A DNA stretch of 64,000 nucleotides from Pseudovirgaria hyperparasitica. Its lineage: Eukaryota. Shown here piece by piece: positions 1 through 13,073 of the stretch. Location: the NCBI GenBank assembly GCA_010093815.1, contig ML996577.1, one strand, 5' to 3'. The position numbers and the translations under genes are program-made. The notes below the pieces were generated by a model. The model did not search any database. It saw nothing but the letters and a program-made list of their open reading frames with translations, and was not told the origin of the DNA. Positions within the stretch are counted from its first letter, which is position 1. Every line of letters starts with the position of its first letter.

Positions 1-1374
1 ATATGCCAGTGTGCAACAATAGGGGCCTTTATCCTAGTGTTATTGCAAACGTCCACGCCGAAAACACCTCTTGGAGATACGATATATACAGTTCTCCGAA
101 AGTCCTACCATTTACTCGGCGTCTACTCTCTCGTTTCAATTATCGTCGGATTCTTATGGCTAGCCTTGCTACGGTCCTTTGCACGTCCACTGATCACCAT
201 TATTCTCGTGGCTGTGCCCGTCATACTTTTCTCATTCTTCCTCTATCCGTTCGTGTCAAGCTTCAAAGGCGATGGCGAAAGCTCAGGCGTACAAGACAAA
301 GCTATGAGATGGTTGTCCTTCATTCCATGCCTTGTCGCGATCTTCTGGACTTACACAATATGGAGAGGTCGCCAGTCCGTCACTAAAGCCATGGAACTGT
401 TGGAATTTACCGGCAAGATTCTCACTGCGATGTCACCTTTGCTGCTCGTTGGTTTTGCGACGTTGTCCTCTGTCGTCGTATATACATGGCTATGGATCTG
501 GATGTTCACACGTCTCTTCTTGGAAGGGCAGATCAACAAGCGCTCACTATTCATTCTTGACTTCAGCACATGGTGGCTAGGCGCAGGCTTCATCCTCGAA
601 TATCTCTGGACGCTCGGTGTCATTGCGGGGATTCAACGCGCCACCACTGCTGCAACAGTTTCACAGTGGTACTTCCATCGCAACGCTCAGCCACGAATCT
701 CCTCTCGCATCGTCGTCCAAGCCTCATTTATCCATGCCGTCACCACGATGGCCGGTACGATCTGCCTGTCCACCTTCATATCCCTCCTGATCCGCGCACC
801 GCTCCTGATCCTTCCCCGTCGCTTCGCAGGCGCTATCACCATGTGCATCTACAGCCTGATTCCAGCCTCAGTCGCTACGCTCACAAACCCACTCACCCTC
901 ACTTATGCCTCAGTACATAGCCAGAACTTGCGTAATGCGGCAAACAGCCTTTCACAGATGACTTTCGTATCGAAAGACTCGCCCACGACAACGCTCACTC
1001 CCAGATCATTCAACTCCCGCAGTGGGTCCTCGCTACTCCCCTATCGCCTTGCGAAGCTATTGTTGCACGCGCTGCGCTTCATCATGTCCCTCGCACTCGG
1101 CTTCGGAGGCTGGGTGACTACAGCTCGTATGCTGGAGATCGCGAGCGACGGGACGAGCAAACACGGAAGCATGTATGCGTATATCATCGGTTTGATCGCT
1201 GCGGCAATCGGATGGGGTGTTCTTGGTGCGATGGAGGGCGTCATGGGCGGCATACTTGACGCCCTTGTGATATGCTGGGGCAGTGAGGTTGGTGTCCATG
1301 GACAAGGCGAGGCCAGATACTGTCGCGAGGCCGGGCAATTGTTAGGAGAGACGCCACGGGGCCGGTGGTCGTGA
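1..1374 (+). CDS. Choline transporter-like (CTL/PNS1, SLC44 family) membrane protein, 5'-truncated by the window edge
   Basis: Frame 1 is open from base 1 (ICQCATIGAFILVLLQ...) to TGA at 1372-1374. It has many hydrophobic segments and the family-like motifs WTLGVIAGIQRATTAATVSQWYF and TNPLTLTYASVH. Confidence 0.85.
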   Translation: MCQCATIGAFILVLLQTSTPKTPLGDTIYTVLRKSYHLLGVYSLVSIIVGFLWLALLRSFARPLITIILVAVPVILFSFFLYPFVSSFKGDGESSGVQDKAMRWLSFIPCLVAIFWTYTIWRGRQSVTKAMELLEFTGKILTAMSPLLLVGFATLSSVVVYTWLWIWMFTRLFLEGQINKRSLFILDFSTWWLGAGFILEYLWTLGVIAGIQRATTAATVSQWYFHRNAQPRISSRIVVQASFIHAVTTMAGTICLSTFISLLIRAPLLILPRRFAGAITMCIYSLIPASVATLTNPLTLTYASVHSQNLRNAANSLSQMTFVSKDSPTTTLTPRSFNSRSGSSLLPYRLAKLLLHALRFIMSLALGFGGWVTTARMLEIASDGTSKHGSMYAYIIGLIAAAIGWGVLGAMEGVMGGILDALVICWGSEVGVHGQGEARYCREAGQLLGETPRGRWS

Positions 1375-2295
1375 TGCAACCGGGCAAGAGTGTTCCCCGG
1401 TCATTTCCTTTGTGTATTCGATAGTTGAGTTTTAGCATGCATGTCTGGCGAACTAGCGTTGGGATATAGGATGGATATAGAGATCATTACACCCTCCTGA
1501 GAATTGAGGACTAGGAAGAATCTAAGTTTTCATCATCATTACCACCACGACTGTTCATGACTGATCAATTCATTGTTTGAAAACTCTGTCGCCAAAACGC
1601 ATCAGAAAGCTATTAATCGGTTGTAAATGCTGCTGCATGTACACCAGCAGAACACACGACGGGAACACTAGATTAATTAGCAAGCGTGTTATATATATTC
1701 TGTTACGGTCGTGTCGAGAACTTCATGCGGCATGTGGACCGCAGTGTCATTCAGTCTGCCCTTGGACACATATTCCAATATTGCAGCTGGCGTGATTGTG
1801 CAGGTAGTGTCAAGATGTGGCGCTGTGGGTACGTAGGTATGTACCGATTCAGAAGGTGCGGGTACTGGAAATAAGAGTGATCTTTCCTGTGACACCTCAC
1901 CTCCACGCTCTGTGAGACCGTGCGTGGAAGTGGAGTGTGGTTGTAGGTAAGGGATGAGCTGTTTGGGAATGGGGAGACATGGCCTTTGGAATGGGATGTA
2001 TCATTAGGAGCGAATGCGAGGGGTTTTCCGCGAGATAGCGGGGATATTGAAAGGACTTGGTCTATATGACAGGAGAGGAACAACGGAGGATAGTTGAATT
2101 GCGCGAAAGATATTGAAGGGACAGTATGTAGATGAGGAATTAACAGTGTTCTGCGCTGAAAGAGATTAGGTGTTTAATGGCCTTGGAAACTGTGGTATCG
2201 GCCAAATATGACTGGTCGAGAGAAGATAACCGTCACATAAAGATGCCTGATAGTACACTGAGGCTCTTGAGCGAACCTTAAGACGACTATTTTGT

Positions 2296-3570
2296 CTAGA
2301 CGTCCGTACGCTCGAACTCCTTCAAAGTGCGAGGAATGCTTGACGTCGGCGCCTCTCGGTCTGAAGTCCCCCTATACGCTTGTCCCTTCGAAAAACGCTT
2401 TCCGATGTAGCCTCTAGGGCCCCATAGATGCAGGGGATCGAATACGAGAGCATACCACGGTCGTTTATTCGCCTTCTTCTGCGCGCGCAGAACGTCGAGC
2501 TCTTCCTGCGTCATGTGCCAGAACGCCAGATGTTTCCGTCCGGTGACGAGACCGTATATATCGAGAGGGTCGAACATGTTTATTAGCCATGGTCGATCAT
2601 CTGACCAGCCAGGGCCACGCATTTGAGTGACACCGTCACGTGCTAGGAAGCACGAGTTCGATCGTGGAAGCCTCTTGCCAGGGAACCATACATTCAACAA
2701 GACGGTGTTGATGAACATGATTGAGGCTTCAAACACCCAGAAGTATGGCTCGTTTTGAAAGAGAGTCCCTTCCCATCCCTGAAAGTATTCGACAATGCGG
2801 TAGATGCATCGTATAGTGACGATAGCAGAACTGACGTAGAGAACGTATATGACCGTGCGAATGCGCCCGCTGAGCAGAGAGGCCCGTGCTGCTTTGAAGT
2901 GAACGTATGCGACTAGGCACATGAACACGAGGAAGAGCACCACTTGTAGCAGCAAGGAGGCTCGGACAAGATCTTCTCCTGCCTGCCTTTCGCTCTCGCT
3001 TATGCCGCTATGAACTGATCGCCATGCTCCTTGAGCCAGCATGATCTCGACAATGACGTCCAGTCCCGCAAAGGTCGTGACTACACGGCCTGGATGCATG
3101 GGCGACAAGTACGGCATGTAGTAGAGTATCCGGGAGAGAATGAAGTAGTTGATCAAGGCGTAAACAGGACTGCATCAGTTAGCTGGGATGCTAAATATAG
3201 ATCTCAAAAAATACGAACGGCCCTGAAAGGATCAAGACTGTGCTTGCTATCACGTATTCGAGTTTTTCATAGTCGTATGCTCCAAGCTCGCGGGTCAAGA
3301 AGCCAGTTATCATGAGGACCGCAGCCCACGGCAGCAAACCGGTGGTTCGCCATGACTTGTACTTGCTATGTTCCATTAGAAGCATTCTCTTCGTGCTCTC
3401 CGCATACTCACATGGTCTGCCACGTATGCAGACATCCTGAAAATAGGAACAGGATCATGAACACGATGGGCGCTACATTGTTGGGAGCATAAAACCATAC
3501 ACTTCCCTCCGCTGTTTGGGTCAGTAACGTGCTGCAGATACGAGATGTATGACTTGCCGTATTGTCCCAT
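2296..3570 (-). CDS. RTA1-like (lipid-translocating exporter family) 7-TM protein, 4 exons
   Basis: Exons 3570-3558, 3511-3412, 3365-3219 and 3169-2296 splice in frame to MGQYAEGSVWFYAPNNVAPIVF...GPPVYALINYFILSRILYYMPY...IRCIYRIVEY...EPYFWVFEA. These are RTA1-type motifs. Intron 1 is GC-AG. Confidence 0.88.
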
Positions 3571-4324
3571 GTTGGTTTTAGTATATGACTATTTGTGCAA
3601 GTAGTACTATATTGCAGCGATATTCGAAGATAAGATAATAAGTGCCAGATTTGATAGCACCTGTAACGTGGAGATGAAATGCACAGGAGTTGACATGGCG
3701 AGGATGAAGGGCCACATTTGAGTCATTTATAACAAATGGACACGGGACTACAAGCATGAAAATAGATCTAGGAAGCGTTACGATGGTCCTGCCTGGAAGC
3801 TATGACTTTGATCGCATTCCGTAGGCCATGTCCTCAGCCCTACCGACGAATGCGAGGAATGCGATTTCAGGCTGTTAGCGTGTCTGCCTCACCCAGATGC
3901 GAAAGCCTCCGCAGCAGCGCCAAGATTCAACCTAGAAGTTTTCACGAACAAGACTTCGAAGAACTGGACCCCACGAGGCGAACACGAGACTCCCAGACAT
4001 AGATTCAGGGGGATCTTGATCGTCGTGGTTGAGAGGAATGCGAGGGTTTTATTGCGCGAGGTATTTACAGCTACGCACGTGACCCACGCACTGACTTCCG
4101 CCACTACACCGTTTTGGGTGTTCACGACGCACCAATTTGCGCAAGGGGACATGTGTCGTGCTCCATCTCCATCATTGTTGATCCATATCGATCACTTCGC
4201 GTTCGTGCTCAGTTTTAATCACCCCTTTTCCGCAAGGCTGACACGGCACTGAAGTTTGTGTAAATCTTCCAGATATAAGCTGGGAGATCATGCCGGTGCA
4301 GCCTTCACCGCCTTACGATTCGTG

Positions 4325-7300
4325 ATGGACCGTTCAGCCAGTTCCAAGGTCACGGGTTGGTATAAAGCTATGATCCGTGAGATCAAGCACATCCTTACTA
4401 ATCTTTACACCTTCTAGTTGAGTACTACGATCCGTCTGGAATCTTTCCATTAGTAGAACCGCTTCTTGCTTCGAGGCTGCCTCTGCGTAATCTGCATTGG
4501 AAGGCTCCAACGAGGCCGCTGCGTTCAATCGACTCTCTCCATGTTGATCTTGTTCCGTCAGAAGCTACTGCTAGGGAGTCTGCCGCTGCCGAGGATGCCT
4601 CAGAAACCTCGAGCCAGGCTGGGCTGAGAAAGGAAGACGCCTCTAAGGAAGCTGTTAAAGTGCCGTCTAAGGAGCGTCGACATCAGATCCCTGGACTGCG
4701 ACGGACTCCTTACTTGAAGCTTTACCTTCTTAGATGCGATGACAGCGAAGCCTACAAAGCTTCGAACAGGAAGCTGCTCCGTGACTGGATCAAGGAGCAC
4801 GGCACGCAGGCGTCGACAAGCAGCTCTGAGAAACATGACGCATTTGAATGGATGATATTGCATGTAGTTCTACCGAACACGGCAGCATCTAGTCAGCCCC
4901 GTTGGAGTGGAACCTCTAAGGATAGTTCTTCAGGTTCCGGCGATAAGTCTGGTGGTTCTTCCAGATGGCCTGGACGAAGCTCCAGCACAATCTTTGAGAA
5001 GATACGGGCTGACTTCAATGCTACATCGAAGAATGCTCCAGACCGCGTGGCTCAAATCAGACTGCAGAAAGATCAATTATCACACGAAGACATTCCTGCC
5101 ACTAATGGACCTCCAATCGTTCCTCATGTCGAAACTACGCAGGAGCAAGAACATGCTTGGAGCGATTCCATTGCTAAACTCAAAAGCTTAATCCTGCTGT
5201 CTTTTGATCAAAGGGTCAGTCAGTATGAAGACGATATCCGTGAAAAAGACTCACAGAGAGCTTTGCCGGGCTGGAATTTCTGCACATTTTTCGTTTTGAA
5301 AGAAGGTTTGGCTCGGGGGTTTGAAAATGTTGGCCTTGTTGAAGACGCTCTTGTCATGTATGATGAGCTCTCGGTTGGTCTCGACGCTGTTATTCGAGAG
5401 CAGGCTGATGAGTCGAATGGTCGAGGAGGATCATTTCTAGAGTACACCACAGAGCTGGCCGATGCTCTGGAGTTGGTGCATGCAGGCAAGCGTCCTGACG
5501 CAATTTTTGGACCAAAGCCTATCGATGCGGGAAGGAAGTCGTATCGCGAATTGATTCTGTCTACCAACGTCTCAATATTTGACTTCAGATGCTATGTTTT
5601 CTCTCGGCAGATGGCACTGTTACTTCGTCTTGGCAATGCACAGTCCTCACGCTCGGAACTCATGTCGAAGCTGCAACCTAGTAGGGTTTTGAGTCATCAG
5701 AGATCCCGAGACGATATGAGCCTAGCTCGTAACACTGTGGTAGAGGCTACTGAAGACTTGATACCACTGACGGAGCTCTGCGATAGGTCGTTGCGGTTCG
5801 TGACCTCTGTAGCCAGAGATATGCGACTGGACCTACAGATCGGGTAAGTCGTGTCAACATACTTAGAGTCCTTTCGCAACACTGACAAGTTTCAGAGCTT
5901 CCAAAAAAGAGCTATCACTCGTTGAGGACACCATTGACAATGTAGTTTCTTCTTGGTCTTACTCAGTAGCACAGCAGACTTTAGATGAGACGAAAACATC
6001 AGCCCTGCCGGTCTCTTTACTAAGAAAGGGTTCAGCCAATGACTCTGCATCCAAACTGATGCCTTTCAGAGGAAAATCAGATGAGCCAAAAGCGTCAATC
6101 CCAGAGCCCAAAACTATAATCCATCCTGCTCGTTCGACGTCATTACAAAACCGCCGGAACTCTCTAAGCGAGCCGCCATATGCGGCGGTTCCCCCTTCAG
6201 GACAGGTGGTCTTCGATCACGGAACATTTCCGAGTAGTCAAACTGTGAAATCGCAGCAAGATATATCTATGCAGCGCAATAGTGTTGCTCTTGAAGATCT
6301 AGCTGCTCATAGAGCCGAGCTATATCTTGTCCAAAGACGGTTGATAGAGCATGTCGGGAATGCTGCGGGATGGTCTATTGGCTGGAACGCTTTGACTTCC
6401 ACTCAATCTGTGAAGAATGAGGACCTAAGTGATGTAGCGCTTGACGACTCAGATGAATCGTCCTCAGAAACAGCAAGTCCCAAAAGGGAGAAGAAAGAAA
6501 CATTCACCACCAAGGGACTCCTGGCCGACGACCTTGAACTCGCTATGGAGTCGATCCACAGCTTTCGAAATTTATACGAAGGCCTATGTGACCTCGCCTT
6601 TCGTCATTACATGGCCGCCAACAGAACCAAAGCGGCAGAAAGTATCTTCGGGGACCTAGCGGCCCTGAAGTTTCAACTCGGCGACTATACCGCTGCAGCA
6701 ATGTATTTCAGCAAGATGGCGCCCTTATTTGCGGAGGGACGATGGAACTTTGTTGAAATGACGATGCTAAAGATGTATGGCAAGTGTTTAAAAGAGCTTC
6801 ACAGGAGGGGCGACTATGTTTTGACACTGTTGGATATACTGGCTAAGTCGGCTGCGCGGTGGCGGTCGGTAAATCTGCCTCAAATGCGCATCGAGTCTAC
6901 CAGCAGTGGGGTCGGTATGCTTTCGTCAGTCTGGTTGAATGACGATGCTGTTGATACGACTGGCTTCCTGACTGAACTGCTCGATGTCGCCAGCCAAATA
7001 CCCAACGAGGTGATCGTCCCGATGTCAAGATACTTTGATAGGATCCTCATCGATCCTTACGTTAAATCGTACGATGATAAAGATGGCTTTCAGCTCCGTC
7101 TCAGCTTTCGTCATGTGTTGGAAGATACAATCACTATCGAAAAGTTCATGGTCAGGCTGGTCAACGCTACATCGAATCAAGCAAGCGAGATATGGCTCGA
7201 AAGTGATAAGGGATTGACAATGACTAGAGGTAGTCATAAGGTATGGGTTCATTCGAACGTCACCACGTTCGGTACATATGTGGTAGATAAAATCCAGCTT

Positions 7301-8989
7301 GTCGCCAAAAAATTGAGGTTCGTCCATGAACCATTACAGAAGGCCGAGATTACAACCCCCCTCGGCATTTCGACATCTGTCTCTGGAGCATCTCTTCGGG
7401 TCGCCAAAAAGTCTCGTATTCTATGTTACCCAACATCGGAGTCATTCTATGCGAGAATTTCGTTGACACGCGAAATACATATCGATAAGCCACGCTCTAT
7501 CATCGTTCATATTTCAAGTGGGCGCAACGACATCCAGTCTTGTGACTTTCGACTACGCTCAGCATCAGCTGGTCTTAGACTTCGAACTGCGGATGGTGAG
7601 ATCTTGTCAGGTTCGGCCGCATTCGAGAGTTCTTCTGGACCCGGAGCTTTCAGGGTCAAAAACATGGCTCCGGGCACGACGTTGGAGATTAGGATTCCCT
7701 ATGATCTAGAGATGGGTCTACCTGAGCTTGTTATCCGTATGGAAGCCACTTATAGTACTTGTAATGGGGACTTCGTCTGGAATTCCACATCGACCGTCCC
7801 CATCGAACTGCCTCTCGATGTCAATGTCCACGACCATTTCAAGGCTAAAGTCCTCTTCTCAAAGTTTAACATCAAGACTGCGAACCAAAGCCCGCTCGAG
7901 GTCCTTCACGCGCAACTAGATGGTACAGATGCCTTCAAAGTGAGCTCTCCATCTGGACTTTCCATGCCTATGCTAGTATTCCCCAAGCAGCCAGTGTGCC
8001 TGACGTACAAGATCACCAGCACACAGCGTTTGAGGACGGAGGGTAAAGAAGCGCCATTATCGCTCATGGTCAGATATCGATGCACAGACGAAGATATCAG
8101 CACAAGGATTGAAGCAATCTTTGCGCAAGACCTCAGGAAAAGTCCGTTCGCAAAACTTTCACGCCTTCTAGTACCTGAGTTCACGACCCGTGTCCAACCT
8201 CGAATTCTCGCACCGCAATACGAGCAAATTGCTCTCCTTTCCAAAGTGACGCTCGGGTCTTTTGACCAGATGACATGGACCGACCTCACCGATCATCTTC
8301 CGTCAGCACTACACGAGCCTGTGCACAGCTGGCTGCAAGAATGGCACGCCCAGCATACCACGATTGATCTTGCTCAGCATCCTGCACCAGAAGACACATC
8401 TCGCAATATCATAATAACCGTACCAGTTCCCCGTCTCCATGTCCTTGCTACCTCCTCGCTTAACCTTTCCTCCTCACTCTCCCGTCCATCAACTGCATCA
8501 CCACCACTCGCATACATTAGCCAACCTCTCACCGCGACACTCAAAATCAAATACACGCGCGCCTGGGACTCGCCGCAATCGTTTCTTCGCGCTGCCAAAC
8601 TCTCTTCCGCAGATGATCCAATCGATTTCATGTATGAAATTGGTGCTAATCCGGACGTGTGGATCATAGGCGGATCTCGCCGTGCTCAGTTCAGCGCGAA
8701 AGAGGGCGAAGAAAAGACATTCCAGATCATTCTTGTGCCCCTGCGGACAGGCAATTGGCTACTTCCAAATGTCGAAGTGCGTGTCAAACCGAGGCCCAAT
8801 GCACCAGGACAAGCCGACGGTGGGAGAAAAGATGATGAGGACGAGGTCAGTTGCGAGACAGACTTTACCAGTCAGGGCGAGACTGTGCTGGTCATTCCGG
8901 ATCTGTCGGGGACGACTGTGGGGATTGCAGGATTTGGAACTGGAGGAGGGACGGTCCTGATGGATGCGGAAGAGGCAGTTATGACGTGA
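4325..8989 (+). CDS. TRS130: TRAPP II complex subunit Trs130 / TRAPPC10 (TMEM1), 3 exons
   Basis: Exons 4325-4355, 4418-5843 and 5896-8989. N-terminus MDRSASSKVTVEYYDPSGIF...LPLRNLHW. Conserved QRALPGWNFCTFFVLKEGLARGFE motif, and C-terminal WIIGG...LVPLRTG.LLPNV typical of the TRAPPC10 domain. Confidence 0.9.
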
Positions 8990-10300
8990 TGTACATAACG
9001 AACAAAGCATGTAGAATGAACAAGTGGCGCATGCTACAACGATAATCATCCTCTCCCTCGGTCTCATCGGAGGCTGCAATTCGTTCTGCAGTATTGATTG
9101 CGAAGAAGTAAACCTGTTTCATCAAATACTGTACAACTCTTGCGCAGATGCTTGGCCCTGATATCTTCCGAGTCTGTATTCCAGCTGCAGCGATATACCC
9201 ATCTGGATATTCCGTTACACGTCAAGGATATCAGACGACGCATCATTGACGCATACTCACAGTCGCCTCAGCCCTTCCCAGTCCTCTCAGAAAAGAAATC
9301 AGAATCTCCCACGAGCAACAGATCGCTCCATGAACGCCCACTTTGAACAATTCACTGTCGCGCGAGCCTCAAAAACACAAGGTCTAGGAGAATTGTAGAC
9401 AGATGCACTCATCGCGTTGCCGAGCTCGTGGTCTCAAGGTATCATGGCGCTAAAAGAGCTGCGTCCCGTGGAGAATCTGCAGTCAGCACACGAGGCTGGC
9501 GAATTGACGGACAGAGCTGTTGAGCAACCGCACACAAGGATATTAAGAGTCTGCATATCGATCAATTTGATTGTAATGATTTGGTACCGGTGAATCCTGA
9601 CGTAAGAGTCACCACATGAGTTCCGATTCTTCCGTGAAATACAGGGAATACAATCTATGATAAGCTCAAGGATACTAATTGAGAGCCTTGTTACGCTGTT
9701 CATTTGCTCAGTTGTTGCTTCTTTCATACTCCATACCGCTGCTTGCTCTTCGTGATCTTTGGACTGACGGCAGACTTACATCCTCAGCTTGGGTTTGCGG
9801 ACAGGTTATAAGTTTGATTGTGTCGGAGATACTGACACGATATTATGCGTACTGAACCATTTGTGAGCGTTCAGTCACACGAGATGTATCCTTCGGGATG
9901 ATGTCGAGACGATTGGGTGAATGACGAATTCAAAACAGACATGAAGTGACCTAACAGAGCAGATTTACTTCCAGGCGAAACATCGCTGCAAACTTCCATG
10001 GATCAGCCAGGGACTTTTTGTTGGATACTGTGAGTTACTATCACCACGTGTACGCCCAACGTCACCGTGCAGATTTACAAGCAGAACCACGAAGTGTTTG
10101 CAGCAGGTACCCCGGTAAGTCTGTGTATATAAAGTCTTAGTCTCATCATCTCAAAACACATACTTTACTATCCACATTGCCCCTTACTCCGCCTCTGCTC
10201 GTCCTGTATAATACACAGTTCGAGACTCACTGTCAGAAGATCATTGCTACTTCGAATGGAATCACACATCGGCTCAATGCCTGCAGATGGCACATACGAG

Positions 10301-11059
10301 ATGACGGCGATAACCTTCCTCGACCTCCCTGCCGAGATTCGCAACGAGATTTATAGATTGGCACTAGAGCTGCCGATGAGTATGCCGGTCCTAGTGCTTG
10401 GCTTGTGTGGCTTACAGTCTTGTCCAACGATTACCAATCTGCTACTCACAAACAAAGCGGTATATAGCGAAGCCAGCTCGCTTTTGTATGCAGAAACCAT
10501 CTTCGACTTCTCTAAGTGCGCGGTACATACAGCGATATCTTTCATTGATAAATGTGGCCCTCGGAACGCCAGCTACATGCGCCACCTCCTGATCAAATCT
10601 CCGTTGCTCAGCGAGCCCTTCCATGGTGATGACGCCTTTCCTGAGGATATACAAGAGCTCTTGTCGAAGATCGGCCATTGCTGTCTCGGACTGCATACTA
10701 TAACAATGGAATTGTATAGCGCAAATACCATGGAGCAACTTATTGATAGTGCTGAGAGCCCGATGATCATTTCGAAGGCCATCGAGTTAGTCGATTACCG
10801 TCTCAGGGCCATACCGTCTTTGGAGACTATAAAGATTCGACTATACGAAGTTGGACCGACAGTGGTTCGAAGTCATATGCAGTCCCGCGGGTGGCTTATC
10901 GAGACTCATGATGATGATGATGATGCATGGTACTTTGGAAATGATCATGACATAAATGACTACGATTATGATGATTATAGCCCTAGCAATATTTCCAGTA
11001 GCGCTGGTGAATATGATATCGATAACGACAGTGACTATTGGAGAAGGGCTGGAGACTGA
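10301..11059 (+). CDS. Hypothetical protein with N-terminal F-box-like motif and acidic C-terminal tail
   Basis: Intronless ORF with FLDLPAEIRNEIYRLAL followed by LLLTNKAVYSEASSLLY, a common Pezizomycotina F-box-like/DUF family pattern. The start is uncertain (in-frame ATGs also at 10256 and 10277). TATATAAA lies at about 10126-10133. Confidence 0.75.
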   Translation: MTAITFLDLPAEIRNEIYRLALELPMSMPVLVLGLCGLQSCPTITNLLLTNKAVYSEASSLLYAETIFDFSKCAVHTAISFIDKCGPRNASYMRHLLIKSPLLSEPFHGDDAFPEDIQELLSKIGHCCLGLHTITMELYSANTMEQLIDSAESPMIISKAIELVDYRLRAIPSLETIKIRLYEVGPTVVRSHMQSRGWLIETHDDDDDAWYFGNDHDINDYDYDDYSPSNISSSAGEYDIDNDSDYWRRAGD

Positions 11060-12943
11060 CAAAGTGAAAAAGGCACACGAACAGGACGAGGCTAATTGGT
11101 TACCATGGATTGCTTCCAAGTCTCTCTTTGACTTCTCCTTACCAAAGCTTATGCAAGAGATGCTGGAGCATGTTTCCTTTGGATACGCCTTGTGACTACA
11201 TCAGTTCATTGACTGGAGATAGTTCTGTGCTAGAGGACAGTGGTTTCTGACTGTTGGGCTTGGTGAGAATCGTAATACTAGTTTTGATCAATTCCATCTG
11301 ATATATATTAGGCAAATGATTACGGCATACTGTACCTTCATCGTTAGGACATATCCAGTTTCCTCTATTCGAGCTATTCTCCCGTCTCAGCTCTAGGCAG
11401 CAAGCAGATATCTTCTTCCTGTGGACAGATAGCTACCTCCATCCACATTCAAGTCAAATCTCTCGACCACCACAAGCTCGAGCTGAGTGGTAGTCTCTTG
11501 CAGAGTCGATGAATATTTATCTCTATTCCATGCGGTCATCCAGGTGTGGAGGTAGCGAGACTCATGCTATGGTCGCAGGCTCGCTCGTCCGCGCGAAAAC
11601 TACTCAAGACGCTCCAAACCAAACATTCAGGGGAGATTCCCGAACATTGTGAATCAAGTCCTTTGATACACGGGGGACGTTGTGCGCTCAAGCATGTATA
11701 ATGGAAGCTGATTCCTGTTAATAGATCGACTGCGGTGCACCGTCACTTTTCAACCCCAACGCACTGACTGACTTACCTACCAGAACATGTATCCGGAAGG
11801 TGTCGAGATAGACAAACCCACCGCCCACAGCATTTGAAAACCCCAATATCCAATTCCGCCTCGAGCCAAACGCACATACAGCAAGTCATTCCACCTGCGC
11901 AAGACCCAAAACCATTATTCTCATACGATACCATGATATTCACCCCTCCCCTCCCCCTCCCCCCCCCAAAAAGAGCGTCCCAAGTTCTATTAAAAGTTCT
12001 TTTGAAAAAAAAGTTCCCAGTACAAAGTCATGTCATATCAAAGAAAAGACACATCCCCCAAACTACGCACAGACCTCCGTCTAGTCGTCCTCCTTTGCTC
12101 TCTCCTCCCCTTCTTGTATGCGCTTATGTCGATCTCGCTGTCCGACCCACTTGTCCAAAAATTCCAATGTCGCCATTCTCCACTATTATACCTAGCCACC
12201 CTGTCTCCTTGTCCCACGCGTGCATGGCATGTTGTGGTCCGTGCTACGCTACTTTGTGAGGACGGGGTTTTTTTCCAGGCTAGGAGACAGCTAGTCCGGG
12301 GAGATGGGTTGCTGGTGTTTGGGAGTGGGAGTTGGAGAGAGAAAGAAAGGGAGAGAGAAGTGGGATGATTGTTTTGGGCAAAGGTGGTTAGAAGATTTGA
12401 AGACGGTTGGTTATTTCTAATGTCGAGGATGGGTTTGTAGATGTGAATCTGTCGGCCGGTTTTTTTTACCGCTCGCATAACCAAGACACACCAAAATCGT
12501 ATGGACCAATTTTATTAGGCACCTTTATATATAATCTAGTGGATATATCACTTATTATTGCCCTAGCCCTCCAAGTTTCTTAAACGACGGGAAAAGAACC
12601 GGCCGAGAGGTGAATGTGGTTGTGGATGTGATGTGATGCATTTCGAGATGATTGCTGTTAGAGGTGGAATGGTTAGCAGTCTGCAGGTAGGCAATGACAC
12701 TAGTTCTGAAGGGACACAGTATCACAATATTGGACGGATCTCACACCTAGCTAGCTAGGTAGGAAAGGTACAAGACTGATGTGACGGGTAGGTATTAGAG
12801 TGTTATGATCATGTTGAGTTTGTGAACAGTAGTAACCTAATAATAGTATCCTCGAAAGCTGGTTTGCCTAAATAAGTAAAAGCAGTGAAGACGCTATAAG
12901 AGGACACCACGAACATATACATATAAACCCTCATAACATGCCC

Positions 12944-12955
12944 AAAAACACAAAA
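12944..12955 (-). terminator. Pol III oligo-T terminator of the 5S gene
   Basis: TTTTGTGTTTTT on the minus strand at the 5S 3' end. Confidence 0.75.
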
Positions 12956-13073
12956 CATTCAGCAGTGGGTATTCGCTAGTGGTCACCCACCTAACTACTA
13001 ATCCACCCCTAACCATCTTAAATAGGCGGGAGCGAACGGGACCGCTTGGTTTCTGGTTGGTATGGCCGAATGT
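12955..13073 (-). rRNA. 5S rRNA gene (dispersed copy, divergent type)
   Basis: The minus strand reads ACATTCGGCCATACCAACCAGAAACCAAGCGGTCCCGTTCGCTCCCGCCTATTTAAGATGGTTAGGGGTGGATTAGTAGTTAGGTGGGTGACCACTAGCGAATACCCACTGCTGAATGT (119 nt). It has 5S hallmarks (CCCGTTCGCTC loop, TTAAG, TTAGTAGT, GGGTGACC, GCGAA) and complementary ends. T4/T5 tracts follow it, and a TATA-like element lies about 25-28 nt upstream. Confidence 0.95.

Noticed and set aside
12745..12760. 16-bp perfect palindrome ACCTAGCTAGCTAGGT
   Set aside because: It is a self-complementary (CTAG)n microsatellite, with no evidence of function.
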